Positions 1 through 9,564 of a stretch of DNA of 64,000 nucleotides are shown here, piece after piece. The notes below the pieces were generated by a model. The model was not told where the DNA came from, searched no databases, and saw only the letters and a program-made list of their open reading frames with translations. The translations under genes and the position numbers were made by a program. Positions within the stretch are counted from its first letter, which is position 1; each line of letters starts with the position of its first letter. The stretch comes from Bacteroidota bacterium (GTDB taxonomy: Bacteria > Bacteroidota > Bacteroidia > B-17B0 > Aurantibacillaceae): NCBI GenBank assembly GCA_013287545.1, contig JABDDQ010000003.1, positions 33,064 through 97,063 of the forward strand, in the 5' to 3' direction.

Positions 1-685
1 ACTTATCTTTATATTTCCCAAAATTAAAAACCTCTATGCCTTTTTCATTCAACACAATGCGCCCCACCAAATCAACCGCTTGGCTATCGCTTGTATAAGT
101 AGCTAATGTGTTTATGTTATTATGTATAGGCGTAATTAGTTTTCCGGTTTTGGTTTCAATTTCAACACCTTTATATTTTTCTATCTGCGCTAAAAACACT
201 TCGTAGGTAGCTGTTATATCTGCCACGGCACTATGGGCATTTTCTAATTTTTTACCGCAGTAAAATTTATAGGCAGCGCCTAAATTACGAGGCTCCATCA
301 TATAAAATATATGCTGTGCGTCAATTAACTTTCTGTTTTTTAAATCGAAATCGAAACCGGCACGCATAAATTCTTCAATTAATAACGGTATATCAAAGCG
401 GGTAGAGTTATAACCTCCCAAATCGGCAGTACCAATAAAATCAAGTACTTGAGGTGCAATTGCCGAAAACAGAGGTGCATCAACTACATCTTCGTTTTTA
501 ATGCCGTGTATTTTTGTAGTAACTTCAGGAATGGTAACACCCGGATTAACGCGCCATGTTTTTGTTTCAATAGTGCCATTAACGTTGGCTTTAAGTGCAG
601 CCATATCAATAATTCTATCTGATGCAGGGTTTACACCTGTGGTTTCTAAATCAATAAAAACAAGTGGTTTGGTTAGGTCAAGCAT
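1..685 (-). CDS. 3'-5' exonuclease, DEDDh / DNA polymerase III epsilon-like family (3' end runs off the window)
   Basis: Not in the ORF track. Manual translation from the ATG at 685 gives MLDLTKPLVFIDLETTGVNPASDRII (ExoI DxE), later GYNSTRFDIP (ExoII) and AHSAVADITAT (ExoIII HxxxxD). Confidence 0.9.
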   Translation of the reverse strand, partial: MLDLTKPLVFIDLETTGVNPASDRIIDMAALKANVNGTIETKTWRVNPGVTIPEVTTKIHGIKNEDVVDAPLFSAIAPQVLDFIGTADLGGYNSTRFDIPLLIEEFMRAGFDFDLKNRKLIDAQHIFYMMEPRNLGAAYKFYCGKKLENAHSAVADITATYEVFLAQIEKYKGVEIETKTGKLITPIHNNINTLATYTSDSQAVDLVGRIVLNEKGIEVFNFGKYKDK

Positions 686-855
686 AGTTTATATATGTAA
701 GGGGCGCAAAGGTTATAAAAATAGGTTAGATAAAAAATTTTCTACCAAATCAATAAAATAACAAATAAATAACATTTTTGGTTCGACTAATTTTTGTCAC
801 TGTAAAAAATAAATTTATCTTGCATATAAATTACTAACCCTATAAAAACAACAAC

Positions 856-1467
856 ATGGAAGACATAACAGCTACACAACCAAATTTTACATTTGACATT
901 GCGCATCAGCCAAGTTACTCGAGAGGGCAACTCTTACTACGCTCGTTTTTTGGATGGCTTTATATTGCAATTCCGCATTTTTTTGTACTTGCATTTATGG
1001 GCATAGCAGCAGCTATTTTACATTTTATTGCCTGGTGGATAGTTTTATTTACGGGCAAGTACCCGAAAAACTTTTTTGAATTTCAACTTTCTTTAATGCG
1101 TTGGGGAACCAGACTTAATGCAAGATTGTGGAACCTTACAGATGGGTACCCTGCTTTTGGTACAAGTGCCGTAGATAACCAAATTGTACTTGATATTGCT
1201 TATCCTGAAAAATTAAGCAGAGGTTTATTATTGGTACGTTTATTTTTAGCAGGTTTTTATGTAGGTATACCGCATGGTTTTTGTCTGATTTTCAGAATGA
1301 TTGCCTGTTATTTTATAATGTTTATTGCCTGGTGGGCTGTTTTAATTACAGGCAAGTATCCTGCAGGCATGCATAGTTTTGTTGTAGGAACTTTAAGATG
1401 GATGATGCGTGTAACAGCTTATTTATATTTTATGACAGATGAGTATCCTCCTTTTTCAAGCAAATAA
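856..1467 (+). CDS. DUF4389-family membrane protein (two tandem domains)
   Basis: Two homologous halves (SRGxLLxR...IPH...FIAWWxVLxTGKYP...RW...TDxYP), hydrophobic. Confidence 0.8.
   Translation: MEDITATQPNFTFDIAHQPSYSRGQLLLRSFFGWLYIAIPHFFVLAFMGIAAAILHFIAWWIVLFTGKYPKNFFEFQLSLMRWGTRLNARLWNLTDGYPAFGTSAVDNQIVLDIAYPEKLSRGLLLVRLFLAGFYVGIPHGFCLIFRMIACYFIMFIAWWAVLITGKYPAGMHSFVVGTLRWMMRVTAYLYFMTDEYPPFSSK
1024..1362 (+). repeat. Intragenic duplication in the DUF4389 gene
   Basis: tttattgcctggtgg occurs identically at 1024-1038 and 1321-1335 (offset 297 nt, in frame), each followed by a similar ggcaagta segment. Confidence 0.75.
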
Positions 1468-1486
1468 ATTATTAAGAAATTAAGAA

Positions 1487-1527
1487 AATTAAAAAGCCCC
1501 ATAAGTAATTTATGGGACTTTTTAATT
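1487..1527. terminator. Bidirectional intrinsic terminator between convergent genes
   Basis: Inverted repeat aattaaaaagccccataa / ttatgggactttttaatt with A/T tracts on both sides. Confidence 0.8.
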
Positions 1528-1542
1528 TATATAGATATAAGA

Positions 1543-2592
1543 TTACTTATCTCTTTTCTTTAAGAAATTAGCTACAGCAGGAGCCAATTCTTTTTGTGAT
1601 TTGCCACCTACAAAAACACCTATATGTCCACCTGCAAAACTGTAGGTTTCCTTATCGGTTGATGTAATGTTATCGCATAAAGGAATACTTGCTGATGGTG
1701 GCACCAAATGGTCTTGCGTAGCATACACATTTAGCACAGGACAAGTAATATTTTTTAAGTTTACTTTTTTACCTCCAACAATCAATTCATTTTTTACCAA
1801 TAGATTTTTTTGGTACAAATCTTTCATAAACTGACGATAGCACTCGCCCGCCTGCGCCGGGCTTTCAGCTATCCATTTTTCCATGCGTAAAAAGTTAAGC
1901 AGTTTATCTTTATCATCTAATACATTTACCAACGTTTGCTGTTTTTGAAACTGTTGAGTTGGTTTAAGCATGTTAAAGCCCTCATTTAAAAACTCGCCCG
2001 GTATTAAGCCATCGTAACCTTCAACCAGCTTATCAAAATTCATATCCTTAGCCCAACGGAATAGCAAACCATCGTTAGTAGAAAAATCAACCGGAGTAAC
2101 TTGTGTAATTAAATTTTTAATTTTATTTTGATGTAGTGCCGTGTAAATAACACTAAACGTACCACCCTGACAAATACTAATAATATTTATTTTTTCGGCT
2201 TTGTGCTTTTTACGAACCACATCAACACAATTATTTATATATCCGTTAATGTAGTCATCCATGGTTAAGTAACGGTCGCCTTTTGATGGTGTACCCCAAT
2301 CAATTAAGTAAACATCAAGCCCCAAGTTTAAAAGGTTTTGTATATAACTGCGATCGGGTTGTAAATCAAGCATTTTATAGGTGTTTACCAAAGCATACAC
2401 AATTAAAACAGGCGTTTTAATTGTGGCATCGGTATCTCTATTGTAATGAAATAAACGCAGTTTATCTTCCGCATAAACTTCTGTTTTAGGCGTAGCAGCA
2501 ATTTCTACTTCGGGTAATTTACCAAGTGTTTCAAAACCTTTAACCAGTTTTGCATTGGCATCAGCTATTTCTTGCAGCATTTTATTTTCCAT
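1543..2592 (-). CDS. phaC: Class III polyhydroxyalkanoate synthase subunit PhaC
   Basis: 349 aa. YALVN..MLDLQPDRS, DVYLIDWG, lipase-box Cys in SICQGG, FLRMEKW, catalytic Asp in DHLVPP and His in GGHIG. Confidence 0.88.
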   Translation of the reverse strand: MENKMLQEIADANAKLVKGFETLGKLPEVEIAATPKTEVYAEDKLRLFHYNRDTDATIKTPVLIVYALVNTYKMLDLQPDRSYIQNLLNLGLDVYLIDWGTPSKGDRYLTMDDYINGYINNCVDVVRKKHKAEKINIISICQGGTFSVIYTALHQNKIKNLITQVTPVDFSTNDGLLFRWAKDMNFDKLVEGYDGLIPGEFLNEGFNMLKPTQQFQKQQTLVNVLDDKDKLLNFLRMEKWIAESPAQAGECYRQFMKDLYQKNLLVKNELIVGGKKVNLKNITCPVLNVYATQDHLVPPSASIPLCDNITSTDKETYSFAGGHIGVFVGGKSQKELAPAVANFLKKRDK

Positions 2593-2626
2593 GGCATTTA
2601 TTTTGCTTGTTAAAGTTACGTAAATT

Positions 2627-3388
2627 TTAACTCTCGTTATACTTTTTTAAATAAAGTTCGGTTCCGTCAAACACAGCGTAAGTATAATAATTAATCCATT
2701 CGCCCAAGTTAACGTATTTTGAATTTTCTGATAAATTAACCTCAATAGGCAAGTGTCTGTGCCCAAATACAAAATAATCATAATGCTTTTCGGTTAATTT
2801 TTCTTTACAAAAGCTAACCAACCACTCTTTATCATCGCCTAAATATACACTATCGCTGGTGCCAGTAGCTATGCGACTGCGACGACAAAAATAAGTGGCA
2901 ATGCCAAAAGCTAAGTTTGGGTGCAAACGAGCATACATCCATTGCAGGAATTTATTAGTCAGTATTTTCTTTATAAACTTATAACTATGGTCGCCAGGGC
3001 CAAGTCCGTCACCATGGCCAATAAAAAAAGTTTTACCTGAGTAAGTTCTTTCAATTGGCTCTTTATACACAGTTACCCCAATTTCTTGCGGCAAGTAATC
3101 ATACATCCACATATCGTGGTTGCCTGTAAAAATATGAACAGGTATACCGCTATCGGTTATTTCGGCTATTTTACCCAGCAACCTAATAAAACCTTTGGGG
3201 GCTGTGTATTTATATTCAAACCACCAGTCGAATAAATCGCCTACTAAATAAATTTCGGCAGCATCGTGCTTAATTGTATCAAGCCATGCTACAATTTTTT
3301 TTTCGCGAATTAAGCTGCTTTCATAATTAGGAACACCTAAGTGAAAATCGCTGGCAAAATATATTTTTTGTTTTCCGTTTAAAGTCAT
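2627..3388 (-). CDS. lpxH: UDP-2,3-diacylglucosamine diphosphatase (Bacteroidota LpxH type)
   Basis: Calcineurin-like motifs ASDFHLG, GDLFD, GNHD, HGDG, FGHRH, NLGEW. Confidence 0.8.
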   Translation of the reverse strand: MTLNGKQKIYFASDFHLGVPNYESSLIREKKIVAWLDTIKHDAAEIYLVGDLFDWWFEYKYTAPKGFIRLLGKIAEITDSGIPVHIFTGNHDMWMYDYLPQEIGVTVYKEPIERTYSGKTFFIGHGDGLGPGDHSYKFIKKILTNKFLQWMYARLHPNLAFGIATYFCRRSRIATGTSDSVYLGDDKEWLVSFCKEKLTEKHYDYFVFGHRHLPIEVNLSENSKYVNLGEWINYYTYAVFDGTELYLKKYNES

Positions 3389-3423
3389 TATTTTGAGAGT
3401 TCAAAAATAAGTTTAATTTTAGA

Positions 3424-3927
3424 GTGAGCCAATTAATTAAATTAGGAAAGCTAGCCCGTGTACATGGCTTAAAAGGCGCATTAGTGGCGGTTGGTGATAA
3501 TTTGCAAGATATAGAGGTAAAAAAAACTGGTTTTTTATTTATTGAAATGAATAATGTGCCTACCCCCTTTTTTATTACAGAAGTAAAATATATAGGCAAA
3601 AACCTGGTACTTGGTTTTGATGGCATAAAAACTATTGAGCAGGCTAAACCACTTATTGGAAAAGAACTGTGGGCAGATGAAAAAAATATGTCGGTAAAAA
3701 AATCAAATACCAACAACTTACAAGACTACGATTTAATAGACGAAATTAAAGGCAATGTGGGTAAGGTTAATGAGCTGATTACGCTTCCTAAACAACAATT
3801 TTTATCGGTACAAATAAATGAAGAAGAAGTACTATTACCCTATACAGATGCCTTTGTAAAAAAGGTAGACCATAAAACAAAAACAGTATACTACTGTGCC
3901 CCCGAAGGTCTTTTCGATATTAATTAA
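3424..3927 (+). CDS. rimM: Ribosome maturation factor RimM
   Basis: GKLARVHGLKG N-terminus and PRC-barrel C-terminus (EVLLPY...PEGL). Confidence 0.9.
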   Translation: MSQLIKLGKLARVHGLKGALVAVGDNLQDIEVKKTGFLFIEMNNVPTPFFITEVKYIGKNLVLGFDGIKTIEQAKPLIGKELWADEKNMSVKKSNTNNLQDYDLIDEIKGNVGKVNELITLPKQQFLSVQINEEEVLLPYTDAFVKKVDHKTKTVYYCAPEGLFDIN

Positions 3928-3980
3928 CATTATATTTACACTATTATCTTTATCTTGCTCTATAAATTGGAATAAGATGT

Positions 3981-4697
3981 ATGTCTCAACAAACATTTGT
4001 TTTTAAAAAATTCAGCATTCATCAGCATAAATCTGCCCACAAAGTTGGTACCGATGCTGTGTTGATAGGTTCATGGGCAGAAGTTAGCAAAGCAAACACT
4101 ATTTTAGATATTGGCACCGGCACCGGCATTATTGCTTTAATGATGGCTCAAAAAAGCCATGCACAAATTGATGCTATTGATATTGAGCAAGGTTCTGCCG
4201 AACAGGCAACTGAAAATGCCGAACATTCTATTTGGGCAGAAAGAATAAAAGTTTACCAAAAAAGTTTACAAGATTTTTCGAAAGAGATTGATAAAAAATA
4301 TGATGTTATTATTACCAACCCACCTTATTTTGTTGATTCTTCAAAAGCACCGGATGAAGAGCGAAACCATGCACGACATACGGATACACTTAATTTTATT
4401 GACTTAATTACCGGAGCCAAAAAATTATTGAATGATAAAGGGCTATTTTACATTATACTACCCACTAAAGAAGCCGTTGATTTTAAAGCCTTAGCTGAAA
4501 AAAGTAATTTATATTTAGTAAAGTTGTTACGGGTAAAAACAAAATCTACCAACGACTTAGAAAAACGCCATATTATGCTTTTTAGGTTTATTAAAGAGCC
4601 CCTTGCCGAGCAAATATTAAGCATAGAACACGAAGGCAGACATAATTATACGGAAGAGTATAAAAAACTAACCGGAGATTTCTATATACATTTTTAA
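3981..4697 (+). CDS. trmN6: tRNA1(Val) adenine(37)-N6-methyltransferase
   Basis: FxFKKFSI, KVGTDAVLIG, LDIGTGTG, NPPYF, ARH motifs. Confidence 0.85.
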   Translation: MSQQTFVFKKFSIHQHKSAHKVGTDAVLIGSWAEVSKANTILDIGTGTGIIALMMAQKSHAQIDAIDIEQGSAEQATENAEHSIWAERIKVYQKSLQDFSKEIDKKYDVIITNPPYFVDSSKAPDEERNHARHTDTLNFIDLITGAKKLLNDKGLFYIILPTKEAVDFKALAEKSNLYLVKLLRVKTKSTNDLEKRHIMLFRFIKEPLAEQILSIEHEGRHNYTEEYKKLTGDFYIHF

Positions 4698-5179
4698 GCC
4701 GGCTCTTTATAAATTAAAGCAACTGCATAGGCATTAGCACCATCTTCTCTGCCCACATAACCCAGTTTTTCGTTTGTGGTGGCTTTAATAGAAATATCTT
4801 CTTCTGCAATTTGTAAAATAGGAGCCAGTGCTTTTTGCATGCTCGCTATATGTGGGTTTATTTTAGGTTGCTCTAAACACAAAGTACAATCTACATTACC
4901 AACTTTATATTTTTTTTGCTGAAGCAATTGCATAGTTTGTTTTAAAAGCACTTTACTATCTATCCCCTTAAAACTATCATCAGTATTAGGGAATTGGTTG
5001 CCAATATCCCTTAGTCCGGCGGCACCCAATAGAGCATCGCAAATAGCATGAATTAAAACATCGGCATCGCTATGCCCCACACAGCCTTTTGTATGAGGAA
5101 TTTGCACTCCACCAAGCCATAAAGCTTTCCCCACTTGTAGAGGATGTACATCAAAACCAAAGCCTATTTTTATATTCAT
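4694..5179 (-). CDS. ispF: 2-C-methyl-D-erythritol 2,4-cyclodiphosphate synthase
   Basis: IGFGFDVH, GHSDADVLIHAICDALLGA, KATTNEKLG. Confidence 0.97.
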   Translation of the reverse strand: MNIKIGFGFDVHPLQVGKALWLGGVQIPHTKGCVGHSDADVLIHAICDALLGAAGLRDIGNQFPNTDDSFKGIDSKVLLKQTMQLLQQKKYKVGNVDCTLCLEQPKINPHIASMQKALAPILQIAEEDISIKATTNEKLGYVGREDGANAYAVALIYKEPA

Positions 5180-5181
5180 AA

Positions 5182-5946
5182 TTAGTCGTTTTTTCTGTTT
5201 TTTACTTCGTCATAGGCTTCGTCATAATCAGTATGGAGGGTACCAAAAATTCTATCCCACCACAAAAAATACAAACTGTAATTTCCTTTAAAATGATGAT
5301 GATGCTGGTTATGGTTTACGGATGTGTTTATCCATTTACCAAACCAATTTTTGTTGAATTTTTTAGGATAAAGTTCCCAACCTAAATGACCATAAACGTT
5401 ATAAACCATTAATGCCAAAAAGAAAATAAACAGGTGCCATCTGCATAAGGGCATCATAAAAATAAGCAAAACAAAAATGCCGATTTCTACTACAGCCTCT
5501 AAAGGATGAAATGCAAAAGCCGCAAAAGGCGATGGATTAGTTGATTTATGATGGATTAAATGAACCGACTTAAATAATTTAGGGTGATGCATTAACCTGT
5601 GTGCAAAATAAAAATAGGCATCGTGTACAAAAAACATAATGGGGAAGGCTATCCAAAAATATAGCGTACTTGCATCGTACTTGTCAGGATACTTATAAAA
5701 CTGCGTATACTGCCTAATAGGTGTAAGTAATATAAATGTGGGTACTAAAGAGAAAATAAATATGGTACAAGTAGAGTATAATATTTCTCTTCGATAATCT
5801 TTATTGGTTGGGAATTTTAATTGAATTTTTTTGAACGACAATTTTTTACCAAGCCACACGTACCAAATAAGCCATGCTAAACCTGCCAGTAAAAAATAAC
5901 GTAGTGCAATTAGAACCAGAAAATCGGACCAAGAGGTTGGATGCAT
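5182..5946 (-). CDS. Sterol desaturase / fatty acid hydroxylase family membrane di-iron enzyme
   Basis: His boxes HRLMH, HLIHH, HNQHHHH; FHPLE; NY...WDRIFGT. Confidence 0.85.
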   Translation of the reverse strand: MHPTSWSDFLVLIALRYFLLAGLAWLIWYVWLGKKLSFKKIQLKFPTNKDYRREILYSTCTIFIFSLVPTFILLTPIRQYTQFYKYPDKYDASTLYFWIAFPIMFFVHDAYFYFAHRLMHHPKLFKSVHLIHHKSTNPSPFAAFAFHPLEAVVEIGIFVLLIFMMPLCRWHLFIFFLALMVYNVYGHLGWELYPKKFNKNWFGKWINTSVNHNQHHHHFKGNYSLYFLWWDRIFGTLHTDYDEAYDEVKNRKND

Positions 5947-5950
5947 GGCA

Positions 5951-5958
5951 CAAAGATA
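5951..5958 (-). promoter_or_regulatory. Bacteroidota housekeeping -7 promoter element (TATCTTTG)
   Basis: Exact TAnnTTTG match just upstream of the desaturase start. Confidence 0.55.
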
Positions 5959-5971
5959 ATAATTCTATTTG

Positions 5972-6862
5972 CTATTTTTCGAAGCCTTTGTTGCCTTGCA
6001 AACCTCCTGTATGTATAACCACAATGGTTGAGCCTTCTTTAAAAGAATCTTTTTGTATTTTATCAAAAATACCATACATCATTTTTGCGGTGTACACGTA
6101 ATCAAGCGGAATATTATGTTTTTTCTCAAAATCGGCTTTAAAAGAAAGTAGTTCGGTTGTTGTTTTTGTGTAGCCACCAAAATGATACTCACTAATAATG
6201 TTGAATTGCGAATTTTTAATTTCAGTATTTCCAATCAATTTATTTACCTCATCTGTAAGATAATCAGTCCCTTTTAAAGCACTAAAGCCTAAAGCTTGTT
6301 GATGTGCTTTTAATCCGGTTGTTATTCCCGCCAGCGTTCCGCCACTACCAACCGGCGTACAGATATAATCAAAATCAATAGGGATATAATCTATAATTTC
6401 TTTACAGCCTTTTACCGCCAACCCATTTGAGCCTCCTTCGGGCAACAGATAAAAATCACCGAATTTATTTTTCAATGTCTCAATAAAAAATGGCTCTGTT
6501 TTGTTTCTATAATCGCTACGAGAAACGAAATGCAGTTCCACTCCTTTTGTTTTGCAATAATTTAATGTATCAGAGTATATTTTTGGCTCCTCTCCCCTAA
6601 CCACAGCAATAATTGGTAATGCCTTATTGTTTACCGATGCTACTGCGGCCAAATGGTTACTCCAGGTACCGCCAAAAGTCAGTATCTTTTTAAAACCTTG
6701 TTTTTGGGCTTCTTCGAGGTTATATTTTAGTTTAAATAATTTGTTGCCTCCGGCATACAAATCAATGGTATCAAGCCTTAGCAGGTATAAAGTTATTTTA
6801 TGAGCTACCGTTAATTCGTTTTCAATTTGTTGAAAAGCTATATTTTTAGGCATTGATAACAT
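5972..6862 (-). CDS. PLP-dependent ACC deaminase / D-cysteine desulfhydrase family protein
   Basis: GGNKLFKL (PLP Lys), TFGGxWSNH, PEGGS, GSGGTLAG, LDYVYTAK, HTGGLQG. Confidence 0.88.
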   Translation of the reverse strand: MLSMPKNIAFQQIENELTVAHKITLYLLRLDTIDLYAGGNKLFKLKYNLEEAQKQGFKKILTFGGTWSNHLAAVASVNNKALPIIAVVRGEEPKIYSDTLNYCKTKGVELHFVSRSDYRNKTEPFFIETLKNKFGDFYLLPEGGSNGLAVKGCKEIIDYIPIDFDYICTPVGSGGTLAGITTGLKAHQQALGFSALKGTDYLTDEVNKLIGNTEIKNSQFNIISEYHFGGYTKTTTELLSFKADFEKKHNIPLDYVYTAKMMYGIFDKIQKDSFKEGSTIVVIHTGGLQGNKGFEK

Positions 6863-6933
6863 TTTTTAAAGTTACACAGGCAAACAAATTTTGCTACTTT
6901 TAAACCGAAATAAATTAATAGTATTTTTGCAGC

Positions 6934-7644
6934 ATGATTAACCGAGTAGTTAAAAACGTAGATGAGGCAATTGCCGATATAAAAGATGGCATGACCCTTA
7001 TGGTTGGTGGCTTTGGGCTATGTGGCATTCCGGAAAACTCTATTGCCGCACTGGTTCGCAAAGGAGTAAAAAACCTTACTTGCATCAGCAATAATGCGGG
7101 AGTTGATGATTTTGGCTTAGGATTACTGTTACAGACCAAGCAAATCAAAAAGATGATTTCTTCCTACGTAGGAGAAAATGCTGAATTTGAACGCCAAATG
7201 CTTAGTGGCGAGTTAGAAGTAGATTTGGTTCCACAAGGTACTTTGGCCACACGTTGCATGGCTGCCGGTTATGGCATGCCGGTTATTTTTACCCCGGCAG
7301 GTGTAGGTACCGAAATTGCTGAGGGTAAAGAGGTTCGTAAATTTTCTTTTCATGGAGTTGAGAAGGATTATTTAATGGAGCGTGCTTTCGAATCTGACTT
7401 TGCTTTAGTTAAAGCATGGAAAGGTGATACTGCCGGAAATTTAATTTACCGTTCAACTGCGCGAAATTTTAACCCTATGATGGCTATGGCAGGTAAAATT
7501 ACCATTGCCGAAGTAGAACATTTAGTACCCGCGGGAGAACTTGACCCTGATCAAATTCATACACCGGGAATATATGTACACCGTATTTTTCAAGGGACTA
7601 ATTACGAAAAACGAATAGAGCAACGTACCGTAAGAAAAAAATAA
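6934..7644 (+). CDS. scoA: Succinyl-CoA:3-oxoacid CoA-transferase subunit A
   Basis: [43 protein letters not shown]. Confidence 0.92.
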   Translation: MINRVVKNVDEAIADIKDGMTLMVGGFGLCGIPENSIAALVRKGVKNLTCISNNAGVDDFGLGLLLQTKQIKKMISSYVGENAEFERQMLSGELEVDLVPQGTLATRCMAAGYGMPVIFTPAGVGTEIAEGKEVRKFSFHGVEKDYLMERAFESDFALVKAWKGDTAGNLIYRSTARNFNPMMAMAGKITIAEVEHLVPAGELDPDQIHTPGIYVHRIFQGTNYEKRIEQRTVRKK

Positions 7645-7684
7645 AACCAGCTCGCAATAAATTTAAACTAATAAAAAAAGAAAA

Positions 7685-8695
7685 ATGGAATTATACTTAG
7701 ATTCAGCAAACTTAAAAGAAATTGAAGAAGGTTTTAAACTTGGTTTTTTAGATGGACTAACTACCACGCCTACTTTTATGCAGCGCGAAGGCATTACTGA
7801 TATTGATGGGACTATTGTAAAATTGAGCAAAATTGTACCGGTACTTCAAATTGAAGCTTTAGGCGATACTGCTGAAGATATTTTAAAAGAAGCTAAACGC
7901 CAATTGGCTTTAGGTTTAGATAAAAACAAAACTGTTTTTAAAATTCCGGTTTCGTTAGAAGGTGTACGCGCCTGCAAAATGTTACGTAACGAAGGTTTAT
8001 TGGTTAACGTGCATTTGGTTTACACTTTGCAACAAGCTTATATGGCTATGCAAGCCGGTGCAACGTATGTTTGTCCGTTAGTAGGACGTTTACAAGACCA
8101 AGGACATGATGCTTTAACTTTAGTTGAACAATGTGTTGACGCGGTTGATTATTATGGTTATGATACAAAAATTATGTTCTCTTCAGTTAGAACAGTTGAG
8201 CATGTTAGAAATGCTATAAACATTGGTGTACACACCATTACGGTTCCATTAAAAATAATGAAACAACTTACTGAAAACAACTTTACTACTGTTGGAACTG
8301 AGCAATTTATTGCTGATACCCGCTTAATGACCGTACGTGTAAAAGAAGCCATTAATGGTGTAAATCCTTTGGTGCAAGCTGATACCAATATTACGGATGC
8401 TATTGTAAAAATGACTGAATATGGTTTTGGTGCTATTACAGTTGTAAATAAAGATAGCTCGGTACTTGGTGTGTTTACTGATGGTGCGCTTCGTCGTTTA
8501 ATTTCTGAAAAAGGCAGAGATATTTTACAGAAAAAATTAAGCGACCTAACTTTTAACGCACCAATTAGCGTTGAAGCAGGTGCTTTATTAAATGAAGCAG
8601 CAGGTGTGTTTAAAAAGACAAACGTAGATACTTTATTAGTACTTGAAAATGGCAAACCGGTTGGCATGCTTGACATTCAGGATATGAAAGGATAA
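7685..8695 (+). CDS. Transaldolase / fructose-6-phosphate aldolase family domain fused to a C-terminal CBS pair
   Basis: N-terminal ~215 aa: YLDSA, GLTTTP, Schiff-base Lys in VFKIP, AGATYVCPLVGRL, SVR. C-terminal ~115 aa: CBS pair (GVFTDGALRR, PVGMLDIQD). Confidence 0.85.
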   Translation: MELYLDSANLKEIEEGFKLGFLDGLTTTPTFMQREGITDIDGTIVKLSKIVPVLQIEALGDTAEDILKEAKRQLALGLDKNKTVFKIPVSLEGVRACKMLRNEGLLVNVHLVYTLQQAYMAMQAGATYVCPLVGRLQDQGHDALTLVEQCVDAVDYYGYDTKIMFSSVRTVEHVRNAINIGVHTITVPLKIMKQLTENNFTTVGTEQFIADTRLMTVRVKEAINGVNPLVQADTNITDAIVKMTEYGFGAITVVNKDSSVLGVFTDGALRRLISEKGRDILQKKLSDLTFNAPISVEAGALLNEAAGVFKKTNVDTLLVLENGKPVGMLDIQDMKG

Positions 8696-8716
8696 TTTAT
8701 TAAATGATTATTTATG

Positions 8717-8744
8717 CAAAAGGGCTTCAATTGAAGCCCTTTTG
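8717..8744. terminator. Bidirectional intrinsic terminator
   Basis: Perfect 28-bp palindrome caaaagggcttcaattgaagcccttttg between convergent genes. Confidence 0.85.
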
Positions 8745-8769
8745 TAGTTTATAGATGTTTAGTTTCCGA

Positions 8770-9564
8770 TTAAATTTTCACTAAAAAATCATTTTTATTC
8801 ATCGCTTCTTCAGCGTATGAGAATGTAGAAAGTATATCAGCTTTGCCATCAACTACTGCTACATCATGCTCAAAGTGCGCCGATGCTTTTTTATCCTTTG
8901 TAATAATAGTCCAGCCATCGTTTAATTGCTTAATATCTTTTGTACCTAAGTTAATCATAGGTTCAATAGCAATAGTTAAACCATTTTGTATTTTGGCACC
9001 GGTGCCACGTTTACCATAATTCGGTACTTCGGGTTTTTCGTGCATGCTTTTACCTAAACCATGCCCCACTAACTCACGTACAACACCGTAGCCATGCTTT
9101 TCGGCATAGGTTTGTATAGCATAGCTAACATCACCAATGCGGTTACCTGCTTTCACTTGCTCAATGCCAACATATAAACTCTCTTTAGTTACACGCACTA
9201 AATCCTGTACTTCTTTCGCAATTTCCCCTGCACAAAATGTATAAGCGTGGTCGCCTACAAAGCCTTGTTTTTTCACACCACAATCAACCGAAATAATATC
9301 GCCGCTTGTAATTACTTTATCCGTTGGAATGCCATGTACAACCTGTTCGTTCATAGAAAGACACAAACTTGCCGGAAAACCATGGTACCCTTTAAATGCA
9401 GGCACACCACCATTATCTCTAATAAATTCTTCTGCTATTTTATCTAAGTGTTTCAACGTAACACCTTCTTTAATTTCAGAAGCCACCAATCCTAATGTTT
9501 TAGAAACCAGTTGCGCCGAATGGCGCATTAATTCAATTTCTTCAGCTGTTTTTAAATATATCAT
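8770..9564 (-). CDS. map: Type I methionine aminopeptidase
   Basis: VVHGIP, DIISVDCG, GHGLG, HEKP, AIEPM, SAHFEH. Confidence 0.97.
   Translation of the reverse strand: MIYLKTAEEIELMRHSAQLVSKTLGLVASEIKEGVTLKHLDKIAEEFIRDNGGVPAFKGYHGFPASLCLSMNEQVVHGIPTDKVITSGDIISVDCGVKKQGFVGDHAYTFCAGEIAKEVQDLVRVTKESLYVGIEQVKAGNRIGDVSYAIQTYAEKHGYGVVRELVGHGLGKSMHEKPEVPNYGKRGTGAKIQNGLTIAIEPMINLGTKDIKQLNDGWTIITKDKKASAHFEHDVAVVDGKADILSTFSYAEEAMNKNDFLVKI

Noticed and set aside
501-761. 86-aa plus-strand ORF
   Set aside because: Antisense shadow of the DEDDh exonuclease on the minus strand, which has clear catalytic motifs.
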